Assembly: GCA_951406725.2 (NCBI GenBank)
Contig: OX597816.1
Span: forward strand, 148,800,001 to 148,864,000
Reading direction: 5' to 3'
Length of the DNA: 64,000 bases
Origin: Octopus vulgaris
Taxonomy: Eukaryota
Of this stretch, positions 31,301-46,194 are shown in pieces. Under the pieces are notes generated by a model, which had not been told where the DNA came from, ran no database searches, and saw only the letters and a program-made list of their open reading frames with translations. Numbering within the stretch: position 1 is the first letter of the stretch; each line of letters opens with the position of its first letter. A program made the position numbers and the translations under genes.

Positions 31301-32328
31301 AAAATAGATGTTTTTGTGTATTTTAAAGCTGATCCTTTGCACAGGATCACCTAAAAGATATCACCGAAAGAACATGGTTAAAGGTTACACAATATACACG
31401 AGAATACATTTGTCAAAGGGTGTTAAGTCAGATAATTAATTATAAAGCATTTTAACATAACTGGATCATCTATATTAACAAGTAATACTTGTACCTGTAT
31501 AAGATCTAATATGTCCATAAGGAAAGGAAGACGTGGCTTGCGCAGCAACATACTGCCTTACTTAACCATATGTAAAAATCATCAACATTAGGGCAATGCT
31601 AAGATCATTGGGTACTGCAAATGGTTTCAAATCAAATATTATTTTGGCTTGACTTACCAGGATTTTATTCGTCGTGGTTTTCTCGTATACTAGCTGCCTT
31701 CACCATAGCTAAAGAGCACAGGTCTACCCATTTCCCAGCGGACTTACAATCCACTCATTCTCCACCATAGTCTTTCTAAGTCCCTGCCTAGTGTTGTTAG
31801 ATAGTCATTGACCTTACGGGAGATTCATTCATCTTTTGACAGATCTTGATTTTGTCTAACTGCTGTTCTAGCAACCCTCCTCGCCAGGTTATATAGAGGT
31901 ATTTTGCATAAATGAAACGAAAATAAGCAAAGAGAAATTATACAGAGATACTACTGAACAAAAAAGACAATAAAGGTGCATTAAATAACATAAATGATAA
32001 ACTTTTGATTTATTGAAATCGTCTCCTTTTCCAAAGTAAGTAGATCAATCATTTGGAGACAAATGAGGGTGGGAGATAATCTCAAGAACCAAGAATTTCT
32101 CCCAAATTTACATATCACTAAGAAAAAGAGAGTCCGATAGTCTAAAGACAAGAGAACAGCTGTTGACACATGTTTCTGCCTCAATATGTGTCATCAGCAC
32201 AGCAGTTGTATCTTACTTTCTGCAGACGAGATACTTAGACACATGAAAAACAGAGTAGGACACATTTATGAGCTAATTTGCATAAATGAAACGAAAATGA
32301 GATAATAGAAATAATTCAAATGCCAGTG

Positions 32329-32405
<77 letters not shown>

Positions 32406-32538
32406 TGTATGTATGTATGTATGTATGCATGCATGCATGCATGCATGCATGTATGTATGTATGTATGTATGTATGTATGTATGCATGTATGTATGCATGT
32501 ATGTATATTATTCTGTTTCTGCTTCCAGACACTTTTTA

Positions 32539-33128
32539 TTCCTAGTTGAGAAGTGAGGAAAATAAATTATCTGGAAACCAAAACTCTCAGCATCAAAATA
32601 TACAAACAAAACTAAAGGAATCGTGAAGCAAAGACAAAGCTAAACTAAACAAGAAAAAAATTGCCAAATCTCTTGTTATATTTTGCACAACCCCATTAAT
32701 GAAACAAGACGAATTTTTATTAAACTTTGATAACTGCGTAGCATTCATGTATATAGGGAAACTTGCAATAGTGTCTGTTTGTTGAGATAGTTGCCAAATC
32801 TGCAGGTTAAATGAATGCTATGAAGTTATCAAAGTTTAATAAAAATTCGTCTTGTCTCATTAATGGGGCTCTGTATATTATGACAAGAGATTTTGATAAC
32901 TTTTTATTTGGTTTTGATTTTATTTTGTGAGTTTTGCATTTTGTTTTCACTTGTATTTGATTTTGTTTTATGATATTGTTGAGTTGGTTACTTTTGTTTG
33001 TAAGCTGTTTGACGTTATTTGTGTTTTGTTTTTGTTTTTTCTATGTATATGTGTTGCGCATTTTTTCTTTTTCTTCTTTTAATTTTATATCAGATCATTT
33101 ATTTTCTTCACTTCTCCTTAACTAGGAA
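32539..33128. repeat. Foldback / large imperfect palindrome (MITE-like)
   Basis: Outer arms TTCCTAGTTGAGAAGTGAGGAAAATAAAT versus ATTTATTTTCTTCACTTCTCCTTAACTAGGAA. Inner arms ~32660-32750 versus ~32811-32900. Confidence 0.8.
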
Positions 33129-33439
33129 AATATTCTTTTGAAAATACATTCAAATCCACTAAAAGAGAATTACCTATTTCAGTTTCTCTTTAAATGCTAG
33201 TTCTCTTTTCAGATACTCACAACTCTTCATTTGCTTCAGTTGCTCTCTTAATTTCCTGCCCTTCTTTTACAGACCTGTGCACAGCCATTACCAGTACACA
33301 TGTTCTCCGTGAAACATTCATTGACCTGTTACATTTAAACTTGCACAAAATTTGCATTTCTCATTTCTCCATTCATTTAGAAGTCTGCAAAAGTTTTGAT
33401 CGATTCAACATTCAACGATCTTTAAAATTCTTTCCCTCT

Positions 33440-33466
33440 CTCACTCTCTTCCTCTTCCTCTTTCTT

Positions 33467-33506
<40 letters not shown>

Positions 33507-34031
33507 ACCTCTATCTACCTTTTTTCCCTGTTTAGTTTCTCTAGCTTTTTTGTTTTTGGTTTTTTGTCCTTTTCTTTAACTGCAATTTCAAGCTCTGTTG
33601 CCTTAATTATTGTTCTTGTAGTCTAGTATTTTCACATTCTGTTTGATCGTGATGTGGCACATTTGATAAAAAGAGTTTCAACTTTCTCTGTAAAACGTTC
33701 TCTAATTGCACAGAATCTCATATGCTTTTACTCTTGTTTTCTCTTTTTTCTCATCTTCTTTCTCTTTTTCTTACCTTCTTTTTCTTTTTCATACTTCCTT
33801 TCTCTTTTTCTCACCTATCTCTTTTTCTTACTTTTTCTCACTCGCTTTCTTTTTCGTTTTCTTTCTCTCTCTTTCATTCTCTGTCTCTCTCACATTCTTA
33901 TTTATTGTTCTCCTCTTTTTTCATTACTCTCACTATTCTTTCATATTTTCTTTTCTCTCTCTCTCTCTCTCTAACTCTATCTCTAGTTTTCTATCTCCAG
34001 CTTTCTCCCTGCCTATATCTCAATCTCTCCT

Positions 34032-34067
<36 letters not shown>

Positions 34068-34095
34068 ATTTTACCCAATGTCTTTCTTTTTCTCT
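33440..34095. repeat. Pyrimidine-rich (CT)n low-complexity tract
   Basis: Read directly from the sequence. Confidence 0.9.
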
Positions 34096-34318
34096 CGTAT
34101 AAAGTGAATTTCTTTTAGCTAACTTAGAAACTAGTATCGATGAAATATTTGTAACACAAGACCAAATAAGAAATTGTTAAAAGGATAAAGCGAATGGTGT
34201 CATATAACAAGATAAACTCCTCTCACTTCGATCTAAAGTAGCCAGTTCAAAAGATTGAAAAGACACTCGTGGTTTTGAAGTATACATATATGTGTGTGTG
34301 TATGTTAATGCATGTATG

Positions 34319-34397
<79 letters not shown>

Positions 34398-36106
34398 ATG
34401 TATATGCGCTGGTGTATGAACACGTATGTAGATAGATAAACAAGTCGATAGAAAGATGTCTATGTATGTTTACACATACGTGTGTGTATGTATGCACATA
34501 CATATATATGTATGTATGCATGAATGCATGCATGTATGTATTATGTATGTATGTATGTATGTATGTATGTATGTATGTATAGCTGTTTTCAATAGCACAA
34601 ACTAACAGAAAAATAAAACGTCAGCTAATGATTTCCATACTTCGACGGCAACAACGTTTCCAAATTATATAGTTGTTTTTATCAACTCTTTCTTACCTGT
34701 GTGATTGTGTATATCTCTTTGATGTGTGTATACAACAAAAGTACACTATGATAATGGTTTCTTGCAATAGCTGAGGGCTTTTTTTCAGTATGAAGGGAGT
34801 AGCACCATTAAATTTAACTTCGTATACTTACTTTCTGAACCTTATATAAACAAAAGCAAATTCTATTCCAATGGGAACTATACTCAGTAGATGGGCAAAA
34901 ATAATACTATAATCCATTTAAATACTTCTGTATATGAAATCAAAATTAATGTTAATGACATTTAAATATTTTTTTTTAAATTTATTAAGCCTTTTAGCTT
35001 TCCAGCAAAATAGTACCATCTGGAACTAAAATCTAACTTATTGTTAGGAGGTCAAGGGCGACACTTTCACTTTTCTGATTTCGTAACTTATTGGTCTTTC
35101 AAAAGAAACAGTTATTATAGTTTATCTTTGACGTATAGATTGAAGATTATTTCTACATGCAACAATCCTTGTACAAAGCACCGTTGACTAAAATTATTAT
35201 GCGAGTAACAGGACACTGAAATTAGCGGATTTGCATAAAATGCAATAAATTAAGATATTTCAGTAAATTATTAGAGGAAAGACATGTGTTACACATGTAT
35301 GGATTATATATAAAACTAGATTTAAATGATTTAGATTTGTTATTTTATTTTTGTTTCTCAATTACAGTATATTTAATGAACACGTAATTTACTTATGTTC
35401 CACCAGTTCAAGTCATTTCTTTATATGTATCACCATGACAACCGTTTGACTTAATCCTAATTTTTCAATTGCTTTTGATATTTTCAACTACTCATGCTTA
35501 AATAAAATTATTTATGTGCTTACAATGACTTCCACACTCCTTGAATTCCTCAACAATAAATTCAGGGATCATGTATTAAGAAAAAAATAAACTGAGACAA
35601 TGAGAGGCTAATGTAGTCGATAATAAAACAACAAAATAGCATCCATTTGGATCGAAAGTACACTTTAATAAACGCTCTACGTAATACCAAATTATATACT
35701 GAAATATATATTATTAGATAATTAAAAATAAAACAAAAATATGACCTGAGTACGTCTGTTGTTGGTAGGAATGAAGTATTGTTAACGGCTACTTTAAATT
35801 TATCATGAAAATAGAAGCATCTAGAATCGCTTTATTCATATCAAATTATATGTTTAATTTCTGATAGATTTCACCAGTTTTCGCTCAAAAATCGGAACAA
35901 ATTATATGAATAAACAGAATTTATGTCAATTTCGTAAACAGATAACCGGTCGATTTTACAAAGATTTCATGCTAAACGGTTCGATGTTTGTTAAAATTAA
36001 GCAATTAACCAATTATACAAATATCTAGTATGCAACTAAATACAATAGATATAGGCTTATATAGAGACGATGAAGTAGCTTTAACCCTGCTTTTATAAAT
36101 ATATGT

Positions 36107-36320
36107 AAGGCAGCGAGCGGGCAGAATCGTTACGCCAGGAAAAACGCTTAGCAGCTTTTCGTCTGTTTTTACGTTCCGAGTTCAAAATTCCGATGCGGTC
36201 GATTTTGCTTTTTATCCTTCAAGAGTCGATGATATAAGTATCAGTTGAGTACTAGGGCCGATACAATCGACTTAACCCCTCCTTCGAAATTGCTGGTCTT
36301 GTGCCAAAATTTGAAACTAT
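36107..36320 (+). mobile_element. SINE (same family as 764-1003)
   Basis: AAGGCAGCGAGCGGGCAGAATCGTTA...GTTCCGAGTTCAAAATTCC...GTCGAT..TAAGTATCAG. Confidence 0.8.
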
Positions 36321-37492
36321 TTGTGTGTGTGTGTGTGTGAAAGAGAGAGAGAGAAAGAGAGAGAGAGATATACAAATAGAAAGCATCTAATTAAAAACTC
36401 AGTCTATTTCGGCATAAAAATAACTATCACCGGTTTTTTGCATATTTACTAGATGTCACCATCAACTTAACCACAGAAGTAATAGTCAAAGAAGTAATAA
36501 GTATGTTATTCTTTAATATCACATGTAAAGGAAATATTAGATCTTATATAGATCATAAGTACATGTTTGTAGAAATAAAGATATAAATGTTTTTACTAAT
36601 ATCATTTTCCTCATAAACTTACTAAAATTACTATATACAGAAACCGTGACCAAATCTCAAAATCGGCTTCTGCCTATTTTGTTGCACTCGCAGCAACAAT
36701 TGATTCACGGCATCAAATGCATTGTGGAGAGTGATTGGTGAGCAGCTGGTATCTGATCATTAGCAAAGTCAGATAACTGCGTCAATCAGGGATTGAAATC
36801 GTTTTGTGGACTCAACCCACTGAATCTTTCTACTCTTACAAATCCTCTGAACTCGAATATTGATTTCCCACATTGGTAATTTTTTATCAGTATGGATACT
36901 TAGGTGTAGCAGTTTTATTGTCTCTTTAGAATAAACAATGAATAATAATTCCGAGTCATAATTCGCTCGAATCCTTACGTGGCAACCAATCAATGCAATT
37001 GTTTACAGAACTAACCCGCATTTGGCGCATGTTTAATCACATTTGGATTCATTTCAGGGGCTACAGATGTACTTGAAAAGGATTAGAACTTCACAACGTA
37101 CGGTTTTCTCTTCCTCAAACTAGTTAAAAGAAATAATCATCGGTTCCTTTCCATTTGGTACACTGTCATTAAGGTAAGGGTTAAGCACAAAGTGTAGTTG
37201 AGTGAACCAATTTCATATTTTTTAACTTAGTTTTATTGAACTTTGTATGACTAAAACTAAAACTGAATCCTGTGTTATTTAAATTCGTAGCCGAGGAAGA
37301 CAAAACTTCATTTGACTAAAAACAAGGAACCTATAATTTAGACAGGGAATGTGGGGAATTGTAACATTCAAGCTTTTTTCCAAAATAAAAAGGAAACAAA
37401 TTAAAACTGAAACTGCTTCGCTGAATCTTACCATTTTTCTACGTTCTTTATATAAAATCTCTCAAGGTTCTCTGGTGACATTCATATATATT

Positions 37493-37524
<32 letters not shown>

Positions 37525-37549
37525 TGTATGGATATATACATATACATAT

Positions 37550-37828
37550 GTCGTCGGCTGCGGGGTCACTCCGAAAAGCTCTATCTGCGACGATTTCATC
37601 TCAATCGAAGGAGAGGTGCTTTCTCCGTCCAGGTTGCGGATCCGTGGAATAAGCTGCCGGACGAGATAGTGAAGATGCCGACGACCGCTCGGTTCAAAGT
37701 CTCTCTTGACCAGAAATGGCCTGAGCTCTTTGCATGAACGCCACCCTGTACATAACTCCATGTCCCCCTACATGGCCTTGCTTTTTGCTTTTTGAGCCAA
37801 AAAAAAATAACTTAACTTAACTTAACTA
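37550..37828 (+). mobile_element. CR1 LINE 3' end with short tandem tail
   Basis: RLRGHSEKLYLRRFHLNRRRGAFSVQVADPWNKLPDEIV..FKVSLD, then a 3'UTR ending in (AACTT)3. Confidence 0.88.
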
Positions 37829-39327
37829 TATACACAGACATGTTTTTTTTTTCATAAATGAGAGGAAGAATATTCAGTACACATTATAAATACTAAAATA
37901 ATTATTAATATTATTTTATTTATAAGTAATTAAGCATTATGTTTCTATCAGCAGCTGGCTCTTAGCTCTGTCGTTACTCGTAGTTTCCTGCTTGTCACGT
38001 TAGTCCAGGAGAAATATAATAAAAATATAATAAATGGCGTTTGGACAGGATGTTTTACACATTAATTTCATTTGTTAATTTCATTTGTCATCTCAGATAA
38101 TGTGCTGTTAATACTACGGTTCTCGGTTGAGCAGCGTGCAATTGATGGAAGACAAATCCACAGAGAGAGAGAAAGACAAATCTTGATTTATATATGGCGT
38201 GGGCTGCTTAATTTTAGTTCCCAGGAGAGATAATTTGAAATGAATGTTATGTAGCGGGGGAATAATCCTTTCTATTGTTTATTTCTTCTTCATTTATCTT
38301 AGTCCTATTTTAAATGAATCTGCAGATGTAATGTAGTCCAGTGATAAAGGCTGAATTTTGTCCGACGTAAGAATGTGCAGAATTTTTCGTCTCTAAAATT
38401 CAAGATCTTATATGGCGTACTAATAATATTTTGTACCTTTTCTGCGCTTATAAATTACATCTTTTCTTCCTACTATTACCTGGCTCGGTTTTCTCAACAA
38501 CGTCTCATTTTATAGTACATAGTTCACTCATATATCATCAACCCTCAGCATATATTGAATTAATGAAACAGATTTAATTTTGTCCCTGGATTTTAATGAT
38601 TGAATATGTTCTGTTTTATCAAGTTTCCAAGATGTTTTCTTTTCACTCTGTGTGTGTGTGTGCCGTTTAACACCATCTGCTGCTTTCACATCAGTTCCAC
38701 ATACTATGGCTCTCGATAAGCATTTTCCATTGGGATGGCAGTTTAGTGTGTATCATTTAGTTTCATTTAGTGTATTAGAAGTGTTGATGTGTGTGTGCGT
38801 GTGTGTATACTTATGTGCGTGTGCAGAGATAGATAAATAGAGGGAGAGAGTGGAGTGTGAGTGAAAGAGACAGAAACAAAAAATTGTTTGACTGTTACTC
38901 GCGTTACTTTTAAAAGAGGATGTCATTACAATTATTTCAAAAACTTTGATTTAAAATATTACTACTTGTATATCATAACAGTATTTGAGTTTTAACGATT
39001 CGTCACTTGTAGCTTGAGAAACTCAACGATGAGATAATGGTTGTGAACTAACTGCTACCCAATTAGAGCCCTAAATCACATTTTTTAATGATGCTGCAGA
39101 AAAAATTGTAAAGAAATATTGAAAGGGAAAAAATATTCCAATTTGGAAAAAACATGAAGCTACTAACGATGCAGCCATTGTCAGAAAATTTTATCTCATT
39201 ATCCATATATTGTGTGGCTGGTGCATATAAATGTATATGTACGTAAAATCAGTGTTGATTTATCAGATACTTAAGTGTATGGTTTGTCACATATATTTGT
39301 TGAGGGTCATCATCGCTGTATATTGGA

Positions 39328-39366
<39 letters not shown>

Positions 39367-39654
39367 TATGTGCGCTTGTGTATGCATACATATACACATG
39401 CATAAATACATGGTGAATATGTAGATAGATAGATAGATAGATAGATAGATATAGATGTATATTTATATCAAAAATATAAATATATGAAAGAATGTATATT
39501 TATATATATATATATATATATATATGTATAAATGTATGTATATATATATATATGTATGTATATATATATATATATCACGCGCGCACTCACACAAACATAC
39601 ACGCACGCACACACATAAAAGATAATCTCTCCGCCTCTCGTTCTCCTTCTTTCT

Positions 39655-39688
<34 letters not shown>

Positions 39689-40834
39689 GCATGCTTACGC
39701 ACACATACACGCGCGCACGCAAACACGTATATATACATACATAACCAAATGTATGTGTGTGTGTGGTGTTTACAAAAGGGAGAAAGTACAATAAATCTAA
39801 CCAACCGTCACTCGCGAGTGAGTATGATGTACCGTGCTGTCCCTAATAGTTTTAGGTTCCTCTGTATTCACAGAAGACATAGACACTCTCTCGGTTGCCT
39901 TTTCTTTGGCTCAGCGGCACATCCAGGATGTGAGAGCATGATGAAGAGTAAGCTGCACCTGTAACCAGCTGCTATTCATTTACGGTTGAGTAGACTGGAG
40001 CAACGTGTTATGAAGTGATAAGCTCAAAGAGACTACACATTCAGCCGTTCAGTAACTATATTGATGGCTATATGACTATGAGCTGAATACCTTAACCACC
40101 AGACTACGGGCTATCTCACAAACTGAACGAAAGGGATACACTTGGTTTTATTAGCAAATGTCTTGGTGACAACTTGGATAAGCGAGGGTTTTCAGAAAAA
40201 GAAATCAACGAACTAACGTACACATTACGTACAAATACAATCTGTAAACGAAGCAGTAAAAAAATATGCATGAGTTCTTAGAGTCAACATGCGACGTTGT
40301 TTTTGTTACCCACATTCCAATGACAGAACTTTATATCCATGTTAGAAAGCAGCTCTTTGCTGAAAGGAGAGAGCTGGTTTCCAACAAATTATTTTAAAAT
40401 GGAAGAAAACATACGTAGAGGTATTGCTATGGGGGTTAAGAACTTTTGCTCGCAGCTTCATGATCCAGGGTTCAATCCGGCAGTTAGGAACTTTTGGTTC
40501 GTATCTTCTTCTATAGCCTCGTGTTCGCCAATGACTTGTGTAGTAGTAGTAGGAGGAGGAGGAGGGGGGGAGGAGGAGGAGGATGGGAGGGGGAGGGGAG
40601 GGGGATGAGGGGGGGAGGGGAGGGGAGGAGGAGGGGAGGAGGAGGGGAGAGGAGGAGGGGGAAGGAGGAAATTTTTCAAAGAATATCTGTAATGTTTTGC
40701 TAATCCTTACTGTAATGTGTTTATTTTTGCTTTATTTATGGTGACTCCTCGGTTTAATTATTTAAATATTTGGCTTTAAAAAACAATATTTATACATCTA
40801 CACGATAAGCAACAACAAGAACAACAACTATAAC

Positions 40835-40871
<37 letters not shown>

Positions 40872-40976
40872 TGCTGCTTGATAACGATAGCTATCCTTCA
40901 ATAAGAAGCTCGAGATATAATCTAAAGTATATTTGTGTTATGTGTATGTGTATGTGCGCGTGTGTGTTTGTGTGTG

Positions 40977-41016
<40 letters not shown>

Positions 41017-41235
41017 TATGTGAGTTGTGTTTTGTTTTCCTATAATTTTTTGTCTTTCTGTTCTTGTTGCTGTATTATTCTTGTTTCAATTCCATAGCCA
41101 AGTCTTTGCCGACGGCAAGGATTGATAGTTTCATTCTGAGAGAGAGAGAGGGAAAGAGAAAGAGAGAGAACGGAGGGAAGATACACACACTCATACACAC
41201 AAGCATGTATACATATATATACACACACACACACA

Positions 41236-41279
<44 letters not shown>

Positions 41280-41385
41280 CAGATACACATATATATGCAT
41301 GTATATATGAATGCATTATATATCTACATATGTATATATATAAATACATGTATATATAAATATGCATATATAAATATACATTTAC

Positions 41386-41420
<35 letters not shown>

Positions 41421-41444
41421 TATATATATGCACATATATATATG

Positions 41445-41479
<35 letters not shown>

Positions 41480-42624
41480 GTATATACTCACATATTACAT
41501 ATATATACGCACATATATACATACGCATATGTATATATATATATGAATGTGGGTGCGTGCGTGTGTGCGTGCGTGCGTAGGGATGTATGTATGTATGTAT
41601 CGTTGCGTCTTTTGAGACTGGAAACTTTGTTGCCGATATAAAAGGAGGAGGAGGGAGGAGGAGAAACAGGAGGAGAGGGGATGAGAGGAGGACGATGAGG
41701 AAGAGGAGGCAAGTGTAGAAATATTTTTTTTCTTTATTATTATTTCAATTATAAGACTAAACAGGAAGCAATCACGGATATAATTTTTGATTGTAATTTA
41801 GAACACCTACTCGTGTGAGAGAATGTGTGCGTTTGTTTATAAGCATATATCTGTCTTTCAACACGTTTCCATATGTGTATGTATGTATTTATTTAAGCAT
41901 TTGTTTATATCTATATTCGTATGTGTATGTATATATGTGCTTGTATGTATTCATTCATGTATGTATTTACGTGTATATTTGCATGTGCGTGTGTGTGTGT
42001 GTGTGTTTTTGTGTGTGCTTGTCTGTCTGGCTGTGCTTTCATTTAATAAGGGGAACACAAAATAGTTGGATAGCAGGAATCTGACAAACGGAGGACGTGA
42101 TTCGATTTCTATTCCAAATTGCTGTTTAAAATTTTAGCTATTAAAAATAGCTATTTTAATTCACATAAGCTGAAAATGTCCTTGTCATAACAGAAAATGT
42201 ATATAGCGCCTTATTTTCTTTCACTGAAATCGATGTCGGTCTTTATCGAAGGAGCCCTTCAAACTAACAAAAGTGCAACTGCATGGTCGCTTGAACAACT
42301 AGAAATAGCAACTAAAGCTACTTCAAATCACGCTCTGGCATCTTATGTAAGAAACACATTGAACAATTGAGTGCTGTCGCTTTAGTTGTAAGTAAATACG
42401 TATTTCTTGTGAAGGTGCGCAGCCTAGTGCTTCATGTGTTGGACTTATGGCCGTGAAGTCGTGAGTTCACGTTATCTTAATCCGTTCAACTGGAAATGTG
42501 TTCTGTGTTACTGCCTCGGGGACCATTAGACAAATATCTTCAAAGGCAAGGAAGAGGTCAACGGTTCCCGGAAGCTAGCAGTACACAGGACGGTGTTATA
42601 GCTTGCAACCAAGTCAACAACACT

Positions 42625-42655
42625 ACTTTCTTTCTCTCCCTTTCTCTCTCTCTCC

Positions 42656-42691
<36 letters not shown>

Positions 42692-42796
42692 CACTCTCTC
42701 TCTTTCTCTCTCTCTCGCTCTCTCTCGCTCTCGCTCTCTTTTTCTTTTTCTCTTTCTCTCTCTCTCTCTCTCTTTCTCTTTCTCTCTATCTCTCTC

Positions 42797-42890
<94 letters not shown>
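42625..42890. repeat. (CT)n microsatellite
   Basis: Read directly from the sequence. Confidence 0.95.
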
Positions 42891-42892
<2 letters not shown>

Positions 42893-43710
42893 TAACTTAG
42901 ACAAATGATAATAGGCCTAAAGGTTCATCAATGCACGCAACAAACTTATGCTTTTTCTCGAAACCATATTTTACTACTGTTGACTTGTAAAAGAAAAAGC
43001 GGCAGATGAGACATGACAGATACAGTACGACAATAAGTGCCTCGAGTTAACAATGTTACATTAATGGTCAGATGACAAGCATACGATCAATTTGCAACCT
43101 CACCCTATTCCATTACATAGCCGAAATATTTCAGACCTTATTGTCCAAAAAGTTTATGAATGAAAACAGGCGAAATACTAACAACATGGATGGCCAACAG
43201 TTGAAGGAATTTTGCGCTACTAGTTATTACAGGTAACAAAATCTGCTGTGGTTCTTCTTTAGTTATTAAAATCTGGAAGAAATTGGGTTGCTATGAAACT
43301 GTAACTATGTGTATTTCTAAAGTTTACCGTGTAAATGATTTCACCGAGTATATAACATGTTGAAAAGAGCTGGCCGTGTACTTAATGTCCACATAACTCG
43401 CTAATAAAGCAAAACTTGGGGAAAACAACAACGAACCAATTTTTTTATTTTATATACTTTTTATTAAATGTGAACATCAAAGCTTCGGTAATTTCTGAGA
43501 TACCAGAGAGGACACTCAAGCAAATAATCGATCAGTGGAGCAAACCAACAGAACAAAAACAATGTTATCTAATTTGTTGGTGATTGGATATATTGGTTTT
43601 GGGGAGGGGTTGGTCGTAGAAGCACGCAAACATGTTTAAACACACAATACTAGGTATGACCACCGGTCACTGTGGCATTATGAAGTTTAATAAACCACAG
43701 ATATGAATGG

Positions 43711-43768
<58 letters not shown>

Positions 43769-46194
43769 CCCTTTCTCTTTCAACATACACATACTAAACG
43801 AGTAAACGAAAAAACCTCCTGTTGTCCCGCGAATTGATCAAAATAGCAGTCAAATATCCTCAAATTACATCCTACATCTTTGATAATAGAAAAATGAGAG
43901 GACCTATTATTTCTAAATGACTGGAAAAAAACGACGGTTATTCACAGGTCTGCTCCCTCAGGATCTAAATAACAACTGATACATACTTTGAACACATAAA
44001 ATTAGTGGATAGGTGGCTGAGTAGTATGCAGACAGGTGTGTTCAGAGAAACGATTCTCTGGTTGAACCAGTGAGAGAAGTAGAAGTCATAGAAAAACTAA
44101 CGTTAAGTACAGGAAAAGTTGGGATTTGAAATTAGACAACTGGAACGAAAACAACTTATGGAATATTATCCGACGATCTCACGTTTCCGCCAATTCACCG
44201 TTTTCGTTGTCATGGTTACAATAAGATCTGTAAGTTATTTAAAGAGCTACTGATATGATTCGAACTGCTGACCTCCTCGCTGGATGTGCAATACCTTAAC
44301 TTGAAATCAATAAAATGATATTTAAGCCAAGTAATCATTTTATTTCGTTGGAAAAATATTTGGAAACGGATGGCTTTTGAAATGGCATGAACATGATAAT
44401 ATACATGGCACTGATGGTTATTATGATGGTACTGACGGTGATAAAGGCTTTGGAGTTATAGCGGTAATAAAGGTGGTGGTGGTGGCGGCGGTGGCGATGC
44501 TGGTGCTGGTGGTTCTGGTGCTGGTGCTGGTGGTGGCGGCGGCGGTGGTGCTGGTGGTGTTGTTGGTAGTAAGGGGGGAGTTTATAGTGATAGTGGTGGT
44601 AATGCAACAACGACGATTATAATGATGACGACGATGATGACGAGGAGTAGGAGGAGGATGACAGTTGATGATTGTTGTGGGGAAGTCAGTGATGGCGGGA
44701 GGAGTTAGTGATATATAACGGTGCAGGCAATAATGGCAACAATTTTGGTAATAACTGATGATACTGACTATTGTAATTGTCGTAGCGGTAGTAATAGGTG
44801 TCGTCGAAGGTGGTGGTGGTGGTGGTGGTTAATTAATAGTGCCAGAGATGTCAAAGGTTTTCAGAGATGAGAATAATGATAGCAGTGACAGTAGCACTGG
44901 TGTCATGTTATTGGAGGGATATTGAAGCGTTGTTAAATTATCAGTAAGAATTGTTATTTTAAACAAAACTATTTCGCCGATAATTCTAGACGAGATAAAC
45001 AGAATGACAATGTTGCTAATTTAGTGGCAGGGACAAAAAGAGAAGAAGAAGAAGAAGAAGAAGAAGAAGAAGGTGGAGATGTATGTAAGTGGAGAGATGA
45101 TTATACTGATGAGGTGGAGTGAAAAAATTGGTGGAAGAATAAGCAACCTTACAAATTAGTCGTAGAACTTTTAGTGTTTCCCTACGGCATTGTTGTGTCT
45201 TGATAGATTTTATTTTGAAACAAAGAGGCTGGGGGAAGGAAAGAAAGAAAGAAAAAAAGAAAGAAAGAAAGAAGAAAGGAAAGAAAAAAAAAGAAAGAAA
45301 AAAAGAAAGAAAGAAAGAAAGAAAAAAGAAAGAAAAAAGAAAGAAAGAAAATAGACTGAATACATTACTATAGAAATGATACTCTGGAATTTGAAATAAT
45401 CCCTTGTTATTTATGAAGAACAAAAGGTGGTGGAGTAACAGACGGTAGAGAGAAGAAATGGACGGACTAAATATATTCATTTAGTTTCATCCCTCAACGG
45501 TTTAAGTTCAAAACTTGGTGGTGAAGTCGACTTGGCTTATTTCAGTGGATTTGATTCAAAATGTATAAACCCATCAACAAATGTCGGTGAAGGTGTAACA
45601 ATGTGAGATATGAAATAAGACTCTTCAGTTTCCAATTTCTCGAGACTTAAGAATCGCTGTATTTTAGAGGGGCTGAATGTTCTACAGACACTTGTACCCT
45701 TAACGTAATCGTCGGGCAGACTCAGCGTGTGACAAGGTTGACTCTATTGACTAAGGGTCGCTCATCGGCTGCGTCGGCGCCCGCAAAGGCGCTCGACATG
45801 CACCGCGCGCTTCGCACCAGATAAAGAACGACCGGATAATGAACGACAGGCCGCGGAACAAGTGAATTGTAGGGATCTGCTATTATACAGTTTCAAACTT
45901 TAAATTTGGTCACAAGGTTTGGATAGGCTAGAAGAAACTTGCTTCTGCTACCGTGTAGTGGGACCGAAAATGTCTAATAATTGAAAAATAAACTAATCAG
46001 CCATGCTTGTATCTACTTATGTACATACACACACACACGTGTGCATATATACATGGGTGTAAGTTAAATTCCAAATGAATTGTGACGTCATCAACTTCAA
46101 GGATTCAGTAATTTCTGGGATTCCAGAAAGGACACTCAAGCAGGAAAGTAAACAGGACAAAAGCAATGTTATCTAATTCGCTGGTGATTGTATA

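Noticed and set aside
31055-31620. Apparent spliced host exons on the minus strand (GDPVQRISF...GLSWQGFQRRAVGPG)
   Set aside because: The frame runs into RTE/BovB endonuclease remnants, so it is better explained as the LINE 5' end.
32275-32290. Octamer ATTTGCAT sites (also ~9396 and ~35229) as snRNA or POU elements
   Set aside because: Expected by chance in AT-rich DNA, and there is no adjacent snRNA-like sequence.
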